Of a stretch of 64,000 nt of DNA, positions 27,401 to 40,553 are shown piece after piece; position 1 is the stretch's first letter, and every line of letters starts with the position of its first letter. The notes beneath the pieces were generated by a model. The model was not told the DNA's origin. It searched no databases and was given only the letters and a program-made list of their open reading frames with translations. The stretch spans positions 1-64,000 of the forward strand of contig JAAPAO010000134.1 of NCBI GenBank assembly GCA_013115145.1, in the 5' to 3' direction. Source of the DNA: Perkinsus chesapeaki ATCC PRA-425. Its lineage: Eukaryota > Protista > Perkinsozoa. A program made the translations under genes and the position numbers.

Positions 27401-30400
27401 GCTCGCCCTAACTCGGTAACGGTTCGTGATCGATTATGACAGTATACATAAAAGGTTTTGTCATGCTTAGGACTCATCATCTTGGAAGTTTCATGTTCGT
27501 AGTCGCTGAAATGATAAAATTAGAACATTTTTTCCGTTTTGGACTACCAAAATCAAAAACACTGTATTTCATTCATAAAACGTTTCATTATTCCCAGCTA
27601 TGCTCCCTTGGTGTGCATTCGGCATGACATTCGATGACTATGATAAGTCCCCAGGGGTGGGGTTCTGCACGGTTCCCGACTGACGCACTCGAGGCCATAT
27701 TGGTCTCAAACAACAACACAAAAGAACTAACTGTTGGCAAAAGAAATGAACCTTCGCCAAGATAATTTGAGTTAAATACCGTAGTTTGATAATTTGCTTC
27801 TAAATTGACAAATTTTTGAAAATTTCGTATTTCTATGAAATGATTTCTCGAGTCAAAACTGACTTCAGAATCGAACTCAGCGACGCTGGTTCCATAAGGG
27901 AGTTCAAACAGCTCACCGTGGCGACCATTGTTTCCATCTCAGAATCGCCAAAGAATTCCGCCCGTGTGCTAATTTAGTTTCCTAATGATCATTTGGCTAT
28001 CAAATGCTGATCGTTGCAATAATTCCTACTCCTACTATGGCGTAGTAATCGTAGAAGTGACCAAATTTGAATAAGAAACAATCTTAAATGAAAATCATTT
28101 TTTTTCGTTAAGAATGACGGCTCCCCTAATAACTATGAAACTAGTAAAACGAATCTCATATAATATTATCCCTCAATCAGAATGAGTCACTGCGCCACGA
28201 AATTACCTGTAGAAGTTATCCAGGGAGATACCATGTACCTTCGGCGAGTATGACAGAACCCATTGCTGACAAAAAACTAAATTCGACAAAAGTAATGATA
28301 TGAGTGAAATGCAAGGAAGCGAATTGGAGGAGGGATAAGTCGAGCTATTATTTTTTCCAACAGTCTGGTGAAAAAAATTGATATTATTTTGATAATATTT
28401 TTCCTTTATTTTCTAAGATTGTAACTCACTAACGCCATAAGTCGCTTTTGGCCTCACTGGTTTACAATCGATTGATGGATCGACACCCGATAAAGTCTGA
28501 CTACGCGTGCAGATACTCAAATGATGAGCCTGCGTTTGCCCGGGTGAGGGGTGACCACCACGATAGAAGGCAGGAAACGGCGATAGATCTTCCGTAAAGT
28601 CTTACCGTAAATCTAAGCATGATTGGTAAATGCTCCGACAGAGTGGCCGCCGCCTTCCTAGTTAGCAACCAAGGATCTTTGACCTCCAAGTGACTGACAA
28701 TATCACAATAAATACCGTCATACCTTTTCTTCCACTAACTTCTGAATATACTGCTTTGCGCTCTCGTCATCGATCGGAATTGTCAAAAGAGGTGCTGTGG
28801 CTTCATCAACCTCATCTTCCGACGACCCTTGTAGCTCACTAATAGGGACCACGCTAACCTGGAGAACAATTTCGCGGCGGGCGACTTTCATTCCTACTCT
28901 AGATGAGACTGTCGGCATCCCAGGACGTCCCTTGACGTCTCCCTTATCGCCGCCTTTCTGCTCATTCCCGTTCATACCGCTCTCTTCTACAACAAGCGAG
29001 CTTTCCATGATATACCTCTCTACGACGTACCATCTCCCAAGCCCATTTTTGCCAGTTCATCAACAACCGCGCTGCAACTGAATGGCACTTCTGTGAGGGT
29101 GCTTAATTCTGCCGGTCCACCGTCAACTGAGAATTCAGTTTCTAAGGGATCGATATCGACCACGACCGTACCTCTCCTGGCCTCGGTAATGTCGTCTATT
29201 ATATCAATCAAACCATGCGCCACTTTATAAAGCTTTTCTCGACTCGGAAACTGAGTACGCATAATTACGGGGACATAATACTAAAAATTTTAAATAAAGT
29301 ATTTAACCACTTTTTCCAGTTCACCTGTGACACCCCAAAATGCTCAACTCTCAGGCAATCAAGATTCTCAATAAAAAAGCCCTATACCGCAACCATATGA
29401 CAATGCCACGATGACATCTTTTGTATCTCTCTATCGGCAACTAGTTCTTCAGTAAAAATGCAAGTTAATATTTTCCCCTCTTCCCGACGTACTTGAAACA
29501 CCACAACATTATCGTCAGGTGTCGGTGGGGTTTCCCGCTGCTGCCGCTGTTGTCGAGCCTTCGTCTCGCCTGGACTGCCGGCGTCACTTCGGTCCGAGAC
29601 GCCTTCTGACGCCACTCGATGCTTACGTCGACCATGCAGCGTTGTCAACTAAAGGGAATCAATTAAATGGGGCTTAGAGGGAAAATATGAATTAGTAATA
29701 CTAACACAAAATTTTCCTGCAAACCGGGTTTTTTACAAACCCAAACCCGGAAAGAATCCGAATTACTGATTTATAATGATAAATTGGATTAATGGACATA
29801 TTATTAAAATAATATGGACATATATAGACACGGGAAACTTGAGAAGGGAGTAACAGTAATTCCAATTCTTATCGCTACCATGAAACTATAGCTTGTATAA
29901 AGTAATAAAGAGAATAAAGTATGACAATAAAGTATGAAGTAGCCTTAAAGTTGATTTAAGGTTCACAATTATAAGAGGACAAACAATCCGGATGCGATAA
30001 GGGTAACAACCATTATCCCTTCCCGTCGGGGGGTCCCCGATGAAATTGACTATTTCCTTTACGATGACTATTTTTCATCTACCGTAGCAAATTATGTGCT
30101 GCAAATAGGCATATCTAAATCGAACAACCGTTTCATGTCATTACACTGCCTCTAGAATCACCGCGCCGGCATCAGGTCCGCCTACCTGAAGCTGCAAGAA
30201 ATGCGCTGCATACTCATCGGGGTCAACTTCACCGTAATGACCAAACGCACCTGAGGAAAATTCAGTATGAGCGAAGAGTGAGTTTCGCAGCAGACCCTTT
30301 ATGGGCCGGAGGATTTGGTGGAAACCGGAGAAAATGCTATCTTTTCGTTCGCCAGGGAAAATTCGTATTGAACTTCGTAACGCATCAAAATCTAAACGGC

Positions 30401-31776
30401 GCCGCGAAGCTCTAAAGGCGCTGATTGGGAGGCTTATTACTTCTACACGTGCCCAGATGCTAATACGGATTATGCGCTTTAGAATAGATGACATACTTGT
30501 TGACAATATAAGGAACGCGCTAAAGCTGGTTATATACAAATGGGATTTTAAGAGGCGACGATAAAAGAAAATATTTTAAAAACAGTCAAGACGATAAGCC
30601 TTGTCCAAGGAAGATTCGTTCGACAAGTTACCAACAGTATTTTTGACCGGACTGAACTCACATCAGTGTTTATTACTACTACCCACATAATGTGGTTATC
30701 CTTCACCCTCTATTTTGAGATATCTATGAAAGGGTTAATGCGTCTAATTCAGCCCGTATAAAGCTGGCAGTAGCAGTTCGTAGCTTTTCACTTCATCAAG
30801 ACGACGTATGTTGTATTCAGTATATTTAATTTTCGTGTCTTCCATTATACTACCCTTGGGCATCTGATCCGAGTCGAGCTCATCAGTCGGCACGGTAACC
30901 GCTCCGCATTCTACTAAATCACGCAAATCTATATAAACCTGAAAGCAGGCTTAGCTAGTTCAGCAGGGCAAAGCCTTCACCGTACTTGATAAGCCCCCAT
31001 GCCTTCCGTCCGCACACGTTCAAATCGCGGGTCCGGCTCGAAATGCAATGTTGATGCACTCTCTGATATTGTCAATAGACCAGGCGCCTGATAACAAGTA
31101 TGGCAGATGAGCTTTTAAGAAACCAACAACGCCAGAAAAATATAGAATTTGTATATATAAAAATAAATAATGGTATAATGTAAGATGCAACTTCCTCATT
31201 ACAATCGGTTCGTATGGATGATCAGCCTATTTTCTTAATTAGCTCAACCCGCAGCCCGATGAAAGTGTATCGAGCGACCGTGCATCGGCGCAAGTCGCTT
31301 CATAATATTAGTAACCTTCAATACCATTAAACCGCATCCTCGCTGATGGAAGGAAGTGACATGAAAATAAATATCGTTATTTTCGACATCACTCTGCTCT
31401 CCAGTGAAGGAACGTAATACAGCATGTAGTTCGTGATGCTATAAATAAGTTTTATAGGAATGTAATAACATTTTAAGCAGTCAAGAAGTCCTTCGAAAAA
31501 TACTTTTTTCATATTTTTCTTTCTTTCTTTCTTTCAAACGAAACTTTGTTTCCAACTCAGCAAATGATTGATTTCCCCATATAGTACTACCTTGACATTT
31601 GGTGTACAAAACCAGGCATGCTCCCGCAAAAATATACTAGTATGAGCCAGACCAGCCCCCTCATTGAGATTTCCTGAATCACACCAATTAGCGACTTCTG
31701 TCTCTTTTTGTGTCGTACCGCTCTCTTCTATAATTGCCTGTGGAGTCCCCACTTGTACGGCTTCGTCTGTTGCCAT
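24484..31776 (-). CDS. OXR1/NCOA7-like TLDc-domain protein (multi-exon)
   Basis: TLDc exons read QWVLSYSPKVHGISLDNFYR|HMERMPCPSILLIKDTEGTVFGA...NG|ESWVFTF...YPWSSKNEFFQ|...IGGGGKGGSSAICIYDSWLR|GSTGHCLTYNSDPL...VEVWSL. The N-terminal PGLLTISES...LHFEPDP resembles the OXR1 GRAM-like region. Confidence 0.8.
25217..26739 (+). mobile_element. 5'-truncated, decayed non-LTR retrotransposon (RT end + CCHC knuckle + RLE endonuclease; R4/Dong-like)
   Basis: GLKFDLPKCA, YTYLG, AINTWAIPV, GGRGL, CRLCGVEVETLYHIASSC...YLDRHN and KPDI...EIAV. Contains an internal deletion and frameshifts, and is flanked by the 15-bp direct repeat AACAATAATAGTAAT (25202-25216, 26740-26754). Confidence 0.9.
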
Positions 31777-32569
31777 CAGACGTTATTATTAATAAAAAGC
31801 AATGAGAAAAAACTAAACGAAAAAACAGATTTTCCTGTTTAGTGATAAAATTTACGCTTCCGCTCACACTCGTAGGCTTCCTGAAAAATAGGGAAATTTA
31901 TGGGGAAATATTTTGCTCTTTGCCGAAAAAACATCTCTACTGAGAGTCCTTAATAACATAGGAACAATCAGAAGTTAACGTCTTAAAACATTACTAAGGT
32001 ACAGGGCAAAAAAGTCGGTAAAAAATCCCGCAATAGAAAATGGAATTCATTTCTAACGCAAGGGAAGTACCAACGAGCACTTCAAGTACGCGATTGAAGA
32101 GAACACAAGGGAGGGAATACTACCCGAGAGGAAAAGTATAACTGAAAGGGAAATGCAATAGAATCCAACTACAAGATACTATTCAGAATGATTAAGTGAG
32201 AATCATTTCGACAACAATATAACTCCTGATTTCTTCTTTCCCACGCAACTTAGACAGAAATGATTCGTTGACAGAAATATAGATTGTATTCAAGAACGAC
32301 ATACGTGCCATCTTGATATAAAGAAATATATGCAATAATTACACTGAAAAATTTGTTATTCCAACTTTTAACACAAGCTTCAAAGATTACAGTCAACCAT
32401 AAGACCTACAAAAATATGCTACCACGACTTGTCATTTCGTCACTTGTGAAGTATTATTCCCGCCTTGATGATCACTAGAATGAATATCGCACAAATAGGA
32501 AATGGATTTATCCATAGCCAATCCATCATTCCAGTTAACACAACCACCACATCCTCAAACGCTTTTCCG

Positions 32570-33115
32570 CTATAACATGATCCTTAAGATTCCTCTACAC
32601 TTCCCCGATCGCCTATCAACTCCCTGTATAGAATCCCATACCGTCTCCAGCCCAATCCACAAAGGTTCGGTGTAAGGCCAAGGATCCAGGAGCAACACGC
32701 TAGCCGTTTCCGCGTCAAAAGCAGCAATCGGCGCGAAATGGCCATCCCAGGGAATTTGTCCGGCAAGAGTCATATCATAATTCAGAATAAAAAAACCTTC
32801 ACGGTGCGTAAAAAGATTCTTTAATTCCTCCACATTCCGCGGTTGCACAATTTCTGTCTCCCATTTGAACACCGCAAAGCAACACTCACGCAGCTCAGCT
32901 AGCGTCAGGCCATGCTTCAAAAGCGTATCTTTTCGCACTGGGAAGAATTCAGATTCCATAATTTCCGCATCGCTCATCATCTTTCCCTCCACAGACGCTT
33001 TTATCATCGCCACTGACGCCACACCGCAAGTGGCATGCGTTTGCTGTCGTCGAAAGAAGGATATCCCAAAATCTTCACAGTGCGCAAATCGTCGAAGGCC
33101 TTCTTCAGAGCGCAA
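32570..33115 (-). CDS. Phytochelatin synthase-like protein (catalytic domain only)
   Basis: QQTHATCGVAS (Q...C), GHFAPIAAFD (H) and VLLLDP (D) give the PCS triad spacing. This stretch has no intron; the true start is unresolved. Confidence 0.8.
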   Translation of the reverse strand: MRSEEGLRRFAHCEDFGISFFRRQQTHATCGVASVAMIKASVEGKMMSDAEIMESEFFPVRKDTLLKHGLTLAELRECCFAVFKWETEIVQPRNVEELKNLFTHREGFFILNYDMTLAGQIPWDGHFAPIAAFDAETASVLLLDPWPYTEPLWIGLETVWDSIQGVDRRSGKCRGILRIML

Positions 33116-33551
33116 TAAACATACCGCATTCTCATATCTAGCAAGCGTTCATCCGAACTCATACAGATGTTATAAGACCGCCCTCTGGACTAAGAATAGC
33201 TTAACTAGATGCTCTTAACTGAAGAATGTGCTAAGAATAGAAACCTTTTTCTGAGCAACTTTCTATCGTATCCTACCACCATACTTTAACCTAAACGAAT
33301 TTAAGCGTAACGACCTTTAACAAATTCATTTCGAGCGGATCCCCGTTCTCCGGCTCATTCTTTGTTATGAATCCTACAGCCCGCAATTATCCTGCCGAAA
33401 AATGAGGGAGGACATATTCCTCTTCGTTTCAATGGTAACTGACTAATAATTCTATCTCTCCTAAAGTGAAGCCCTAAGTGGAGCTTCTATCTGTCCTATC
33501 AATTCTGTAGAAGTTAAATATTAATTATATAATACGGTATTCATTAATATC

Positions 33552-33658
33552 ATAGATACTGATAATTTAATATTATAGATACTGATGATTTAATATTATA
33601 GATACTGATAATTTAATATTATAGATACTGATAATTTAATATTATAGATACTGATAAT
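33552..33658. repeat. 23-bp tandem repeat, about 4.6 copies
   Basis: Unit ATAGATACTGATAATTTAATATT. Confidence 0.95.
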
Positions 33659-34300
33659 TAATGAAGTCATTGAATAATCAATTTAATAACGAGTGTAATA
33701 GTGAGATTAATAATGATGAAAGGGGTTATTAATGTATGATACATAGTGACTGCACACTATCAACACTCGCCACTTGAACATTTCTAGTGATTCAATAACG
33801 GATTTAATAACGATTAACATAATAAAATGATTATCTGTTGCATCACCTTCCCGATGTTAATACATACTCACTAAGCACTATCCATACTCACTTTTTAAAC
33901 ACCTTCAATGCTTCCACTCTCGACAGGTTTTTCCTGCTCACTAATCCCTCGACAGAGTCCCGCCGTTGTCGCTCGCGGAAGGAATCTTCCAGAAGTATTT
34001 CGATACCACTGATTTCTCTCATTAATTTTTAATAGGAAACTGGACGTGCCAATAGCTGGTAAACTGAAGACCTCCACAGTAACAAAACCTGTAGGATCTA
34101 CAATGTTGAGAGACCGTCCTTTCTTTAAACTGAACACTTACTAGGACCTTTGAGAAGATCCACTCAGATTGCCTCTTCGCGTAAGTGTTTGTCAAAAGTT
34201 GTCCGTCTGCTTGTTATAGATTCATAATGCTCTTTCGCGTATCGAACTTCTTAGAAAGTAGTCCAAGTGATTTCAAGACAGAAGAAAATCGGTTTGAAAA

Positions 34301-34372
34301 TGATAACCCAGGTATCGAACCCGGGTCACATGTTTAAAAGACACTATGCTCAACGAACTAAGCTACGGAAAT
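34301..34372 (-). pseudogene. tRNA-Lys(UUU)-like relic
   Basis: TAGCTTAGTTCGTTGAGC D-arm, CTTTTAA loop and CCGGG-TTCGATA-CCTGG T-arm. The acceptor stem does not pair. Confidence 0.6.
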
Positions 34373-35269
34373 GATCGCACAAACGCTAAATTATTCTGGC
34401 CGTACTGAGAAGACTTTCGATGAACTGTGAGGACTCTGGGCCTATAACATAACTTTTATGTCAACCTCACTTGCGTTGGAGGACTGGATGTTCTCGCGGT
34501 TCTCGAGAAGGTATGCTTAAAGTGATACGTTTGTTTAAACGTATCGTCTGAGTTCTGACCCGCACACTCGATCGCGGAATGTGTTAGAGGTGCGGATCCA
34601 TGAAAAAATGGTTTAAAAGATGGCCAAAACCCCACGGTTTCGAAAATAGGAGGCAACGCCGAATAAACCATCGGTAGCACAGATAGAAGGATCAAAGTGA
34701 TAATGGCAATATTGTGCCTCAACACGATCGGTGTGAAAGGGGTCTGGGGTTTTACTAACTTGGTCTGGAAATGGTGTAGGCCGATTCGCAGACTCACAAC
34801 AGTAGTAGCCATTCCTATCCGTGGGGTGATCTCTGGTGTAGTAGGCAAAGAGCTAAGAGAATTGAGAGGAACAAACGGACTAACTCTGCGGCTTGCTGCC
34901 ACTGACATATGAACGTGTTGAATAAATGCGTATATATGGGCTCTGCTAGCCTGGGTCAGGAAGCCAAACAGATATAAGGGCGAATAACAGACGCACCTTA
35001 CAGGGTAACACAATCAAAAAGGGCCGACCCGTATCCAACTTAAACGCTCAGATTCAAGGGGGTGTTGCCTCTGCTGTTAAGGGGGGTTTCAGCAAGTCCA
35101 GCAAGCGTTGAACTTGTCCAGTGGATGAGGCCGTGTAAAAGCCCTTTCTCTCGTGCGCTAGGTTTGCTCGTAACGCAATTCATAATCGATAACACAGACA
35201 TCTTTCACTCAACATGTGATTGATAAACAATAATAGGTTAACCTGTCATCACTCATGACAACCTCAAGT

Positions 35270-35893
35270 CTAGAATTTGTGAACAAAATAGGTCGCATCT
35301 GAATGAACCGAAGATAAGAAAAGTAATAAAAACGAAACCCCTACCCTCGTGATCGAAAGTCTCAAAGTATTTTGGAAAACGTTGGAATACTTCAGCCTTC
35401 GCCGATCCCCTAGGTGGTGACGCATACACGACTTTAACATTGGGCCATCTCTTTGGTATCTATAATATGGATGCCCCCTGCGAGAGGGAGGGTGCCCTAC
35501 ATCTTCTAGTGCCTTTGATACCAACTCTTTCCCGACTTTCACGTCGACTTCCTTCATAAAAAGGTAAATATAAATACCATCTTCATCTTTAAGGTTCAGT
35601 TCAGGACTAAGCAATACAAAACTGCCCAAAAGCAGACCACTCCAGATTCCTTACAAGCGTCTTCGAACTACCATCGGAAGATCAAAGGGAGACAGTGTCA
35701 CATAACCCAGTTGTTCCTGAAGAACACCACTCACTTCCTGTGCCAGTAACGTTCCTACTTTCTCGACGTCCCCTTCTTTACGTACAGCAACATAGTAATG
35801 GTCTTCCGGATAGTTCTCTGAAGAGCCGACAATTTCTCCTTCCTTTTTCAGCCTGTATTCAACATTTTGCTCATCTTTCTTGTTAAAACTCAT
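35270..35893 (-). CDS. Hypothetical protein (2+ exons)
   Basis: Two adjacent ORFs joinable by a GTAAGG...TTAG intron; charged, globular composition. Confidence 0.45.
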
Positions 35894-36099
35894 GAACTTC
35901 GCCTCGCGCGAGGTCGGTACACCAAAAGGGCTACCTCGTTCAACCTAACACCTTGGTTATTGATGCTGATAATAGACGCATACTTTAGGGTTATCTCCGC
36001 CCCCTTTGTTTTCACTCGTGTGGCCAGCCTGTTTGCCTCCTAATGCTTGGTGGGTATTCCACGGGAGGCATGCAAGCACGGTGATGAGAAAGGTTCTCA

Positions 36100-37465
36100 T
36101 GAAAGATGGTGGAAACTCTGATACGATGGCCTTAATCGATCATCGACATTCGACAGTGGACACGTGATGAACATAGATTTCTCCAATCTATCAAACCAGC
36201 CAGGTATGGCTGAAACGACGATCTCCCTGGTCCTCATGACAACCTACGTGCAACCATGCTACAACCTAGGTGCCCCGGCTACTGCCTAAAGTAGACGAAT
36301 TCCCGTCAATCCCTAAAAGGGAGGTGAAGCCCAGACTCCTGAGCAGATTCTCAGAAGGCCGATGGAAGCCTTACTCTCACGATAAGCAATATGACTGGTG
36401 AACGGGATAGTATTACAACACAGAGCAAAGGGAAGGAACAGCATCGCACACAAGAACATGTATTCGATAAATATGGAGGATTGGATAATATCTTTTTATC
36501 TGGGATTGAATGACAATAACATTTAGTAGTGTTATCCAAATGCCGTATAACAAATATCATCAATACTCGTTTTTTAATAAGTTTTACATCATATGAGGAA
36601 AGACGCAGAAAAAAGTGAAATCGGAAATAAGTACAGTATTAATAATGTGAATTCCTCTGTAGTATCTCATCATTTCTTATTGCCGATGGCAGGATACTTG
36701 TAAATGTAAAGCTTGTTCTTGGGGAAATCTGAGAGGAATTGCCGTAGTACAAACATGCAAGATGTAACACCGATTTTCACAAACAGCAACCACGTCGCGA
36801 ACCACGTGCCCGCCGAGGTCGCCTACCAGAGTCCTGTCCAATATATCTAAATAGGCTATCCGGCGCTGACGCATCGTCAATGGGTGGAGCCGGCCCGTGC
36901 TCCATCGATACAACCGCGAACGTGAGGTCTGGATGGTTGGCCTTGATCTAATACATGGAAATTTTCTCTCAAGGGTGACCGACAATCATACCTGCTGTAA
37001 TGCCGATAGTATCAACTGCATCTCCAGTGTACTGCTGGCGCCTGGTTTGGGCAACACGTTTGCAGATCTTAAGAAAGCGGAGGCTTTCGTTGTCACCATC
37101 TTACCGCTGCATACCGAGAAACCTACATCCTGACAACACCGGCAGGCTTACATTTTTTCTTTTGCACGGGGTCGGGCAGAGCCCGGAGCTGTTTGAGGAG
37201 GCCTTGTCGAGCCTGATATATCGGGGAGTCGCATAGGAAACTCGAATTGATTCACCTCAGTTGAAGTCACGTCGTCGTGAATTGTACACGTGATATGAAC
37301 TCCTGGTGTTCTCGGACCGCAAGAAGCTGGCTTCGGGACCGGTTGATCATTCACAGAGGGTGCTTGATCGGGCTCAGTGGGGTACTCGTAAATGTACCAC
37401 GGGAAGCCTTTTGCGGAAGCTAACAAGAGAAAACTAACAATTACCCAACAGATATGCGTTGACAA
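36100..37465 (-). CDS. Putative secreted Cys-containing protein (multi-exon)
   Basis: Signal-peptide-like ICWVIVSFLLLASAKG followed by several short exons bounded by GT/AG. No family recognised; the 3' end is uncertain. Confidence 0.45.
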
Positions 37466-37579
37466 CAGAAGATACTTAGTAGGTAATCTAACAATTACTA
37501 GATAATATCTTGTAAATACATACTGTGTTTGGTAACCGAGCTTTGGTTAGCTCACGAATAGAGAGGTTAGCGTTCTGAT

Positions 37580-38212
37580 TCACGAGAGTTTACTCAAGAA
37601 ATTAAATCCTGCACTTTCAAAGACTCCTTGTGGTTCTCTCATGTCCTTCATTCCATACACGCGTTTCACTTCTGGCCACTTGGCTCTAATCTGAGATAGC
37701 GAGATCGTTTGAGTGTAGTGGATTGCGATAACTGAATACATCGTCCAATGCTAATGTTAGCACTTTCTCCTCGAGTCCTGTATTCCCGTTCCCTAGAGGG
37801 TGGAGAATTCTTGTCTCTACGACATCTTCAGTTTGAACTTCTTTCGGACTAAGCGAATACAAAAGATATAATAACTACTCTCCTAAAAGCTATATGCCAT
37901 TACATCTGCTTTCGTATGAAGTCATGCACTTGGCCCCTCCACGCTTTTACCGCCACAGGCTGGAAAAACAGGAGTATCGGACTGCAAATCCGCTTTGATC
38001 ACCTTCTCTCCACTTATCGGATTTATTGCCCCGAAATAATGAACATCGTCGGGCATTGGTCTTCTGAAACCCGCTTCCTTAGCAGTCAGCGATCTGTATT
38101 CGAAGTCTTCAGCATTTAACCTTGTTAATGGCTTCGACTGCTGGGATGATTTTATCGATAATTGATAAGAGATGTTGATAAGACAGATAATAAGGAGGAG
38201 GGAAGCTCTCAT
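37580..38212 (-). pseudogene. Signal-peptide GNAT acetyltransferase copy 1 (apparent +1 frameshift)
   Basis: MRASLLLIICLINISYQ..., ...ALDD|IRAKWPEVKRVYG...VFESAGF. The motif-A frame needs a 1-nt shift near 37785-37787. Confidence 0.6.
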
Positions 38213-39103
38213 TAATACTATTAACTCCTAAGATACATTACAGAGCATGGCCCTCGATGGTCCGTATAATGGAACTTCTAAAATCGACACCGCCCGAGGT
38301 TCCCTAGCCGTCTCGTCTCGTAATTATCGATGGCGTGCGCACACTGGCTTGAGTAATGTGTAATCGGGAGAACGACGCCAAATGATGGTGTAAGTCTTGG
38401 AGGATCTAAGAGCAGTTCAAAAGAGCTTTAATGTTCTGTCTGAGATCAACGGTCTGACCGTCAACCACCATGGAAAACTAAAGAGTTGCTATCGGCAACT
38501 TGCAAATGAAAAGTTTGGTGGTGTGAAAATGCAAGAACTGAGTCTTATTGACAACGGCAAAATGGCAAAATGCTGCTGCAAGAAGAGCCTTACTAGGAGA
38601 GTATAACAGCCCGCCAAATTGGCGGCGCCAATGTGTAAGCCTGTGCATTAAGCACAACGCGAAGCCTAGATGAAGATAAACACCTCAAATAACATGCAAC
38701 TGATAAACTTAATGGACATTGTCCATTGGACAACATACAAATGGAGGTTTCAAGAGTGTACATCGTCCTTGCTACGTCGATTCGGGTACTTGTACAGATA
38801 AAGACTATACTCCGCATCATCTGACATATAGAAAACATGGGTCAACACAGGAATACAGCTCCTGAATAGCAGAACCGCAATCGTTCATTCGTATGGCATT
38901 GCCTGAAACCGGTCACAATGCACGAGCACGAGTTGGTGAAGCCACGAAGGAACATATAGAGTCCCCAGCAAGAATGCATTTGCTGTTGGCTTTCCCTCTG
39001 TGGACGTATGTCACAGCACGAATCCCGTTGTGAGATCTTTGTGAGTCGAAAATGGTGGCAAGTGAATCAGGTCAACTAATTGTTTGATTCAAAGCTAACA
39101 AAT

Positions 39104-39779
39104 TCAAAGGCTAGATGGCTCGCTACTTGGATCCTTTCCAACACATTTAAACCCATTCTTCTCGTATAAGCGTATAGCATATTTGTTCATGTCCTTCACT
39201 GATAGATACACGGCCATTACCTTCGGCCATTTCTGCCGTATCTTGTGCAAGAACTTAAATTGTCAGTATTATAATGACGTACATCTTCCAATGCCTTGGG
39301 GAACATTCTAGATGCTATTCCTTTATTCCATAAAGCTTCATCTACCTTAACCAACGAGACGAGCACCACAGCATCATCCTTCGTCTTCTCAGCACTGGAG
39401 TCAGTATTGCTTCACCCAACTTGGTAGATTCAGGGCTTACAGATTATCTAGCACCGGCTGTGGTAAATCGTCTTCACTCAAACGCGAAATCACGATTCCC
39501 TTTCCGTTCTGCACCAATGCAACGCTGGTTTTGCTCATATGATTTGCGCCAATCTACCTTGCTCCCAGGTCCTCTTATACGAGCTGCAAAGTAACGTTCG
39601 TCGTGAAGAGGCATCTCTCGTCTGTGCCGTTTCCGAGGAAGCTCATCATCACGTAACGGTCTGTATTCAAGGTCAGCAGCAGTTAATTCGGCCAGTGGTT
39701 TTGATTGCTGGGCGGACCCCAACGATGTTTGGTGGGTGATATCTATAAGATAGATGATAATAAGGAGACAAGGGTTCAT
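39104..39779 (-). CDS. Signal-peptide GNAT acetyltransferase copy 2 (apparently intact)
   Basis: MNPCLLIIIYLIDITHQ...; VKVDEALWNKGIASRMF (motif A); VYLSVKDMNKYAIRLYEKNGF (motif B). A further last exon near 38750-38820 is possible. Confidence 0.75.
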
Positions 39780-40553
39780 TATCAATAAGAAGAGGGTAAC
39801 TGCTATGATGCATACACGAGGATACGCAAGTAAAGCCTCACAAGCTGGAGCATGACTATGGAGAGATGTATGCGGTAGGCGTGGGAGACTCTTGATTGGA
39901 AAAGCCATCCCTAACAAACAGCTTGAAGCTCATCGTAGATGTCTCGTCTCGTACTGATCGATGGCGAGCGCACACTGGTTCTTTCATCCAAATGATTTAG
40001 TCATTATGATTAACGATAACTCCATGTTCCATAATCAATGGTGTACGCGCCAAACGCATGAAAACGCAACGCAGCTGGCAACAATGGGCATCTACAGTAG
40101 AACATGTGAGCGGAACGGAGCACGCAGCATTTAAGTACCTCAGTCTATCAATAGCGGGAAAGAGCGACAGCACCACTATCATTGCTGCGACAAGCAAACT
40201 AATCATAGTAGATACGTTAGCTGTGAACGGATGGATTGACAGGGCGAATGAGTCATGAGAAAAGACCCAGGATAAATTCCGCTTCCAAAAGATACATTCG
40301 ACCACTCGGTGATGCGTTCCTGGTCGCCAGATGAGGGATATTTGTAAAGATAGAGAGCTAGTCCGTCTAAAAACAAACCCGAGTAAACGCCCAGCTTGCA
40401 CGCTATTAATGGTCGCGAAGGGGTATGTGCGGATCAGCCCAATTACATCTTTTCCCATCGGGAAGCAAGTCCGACAAACAACAGAGTAAATGCCCCTCCC
40501 AAATGTGACATGGGAAGAATGCACACGGGAAAAGATGTAGATACAAATGGCGT

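Noticed and set aside
32865-33218. 117-aa plus-strand ORF
   Set aside because: Antisense shadow of the PCS-like gene.
34456-35013. 185-aa minus-strand ORF with a signal-like stretch
   Set aside because: No suitable ATG before the hydrophobic segment and no recognisable motifs; it may hold real exons but I cannot support them.
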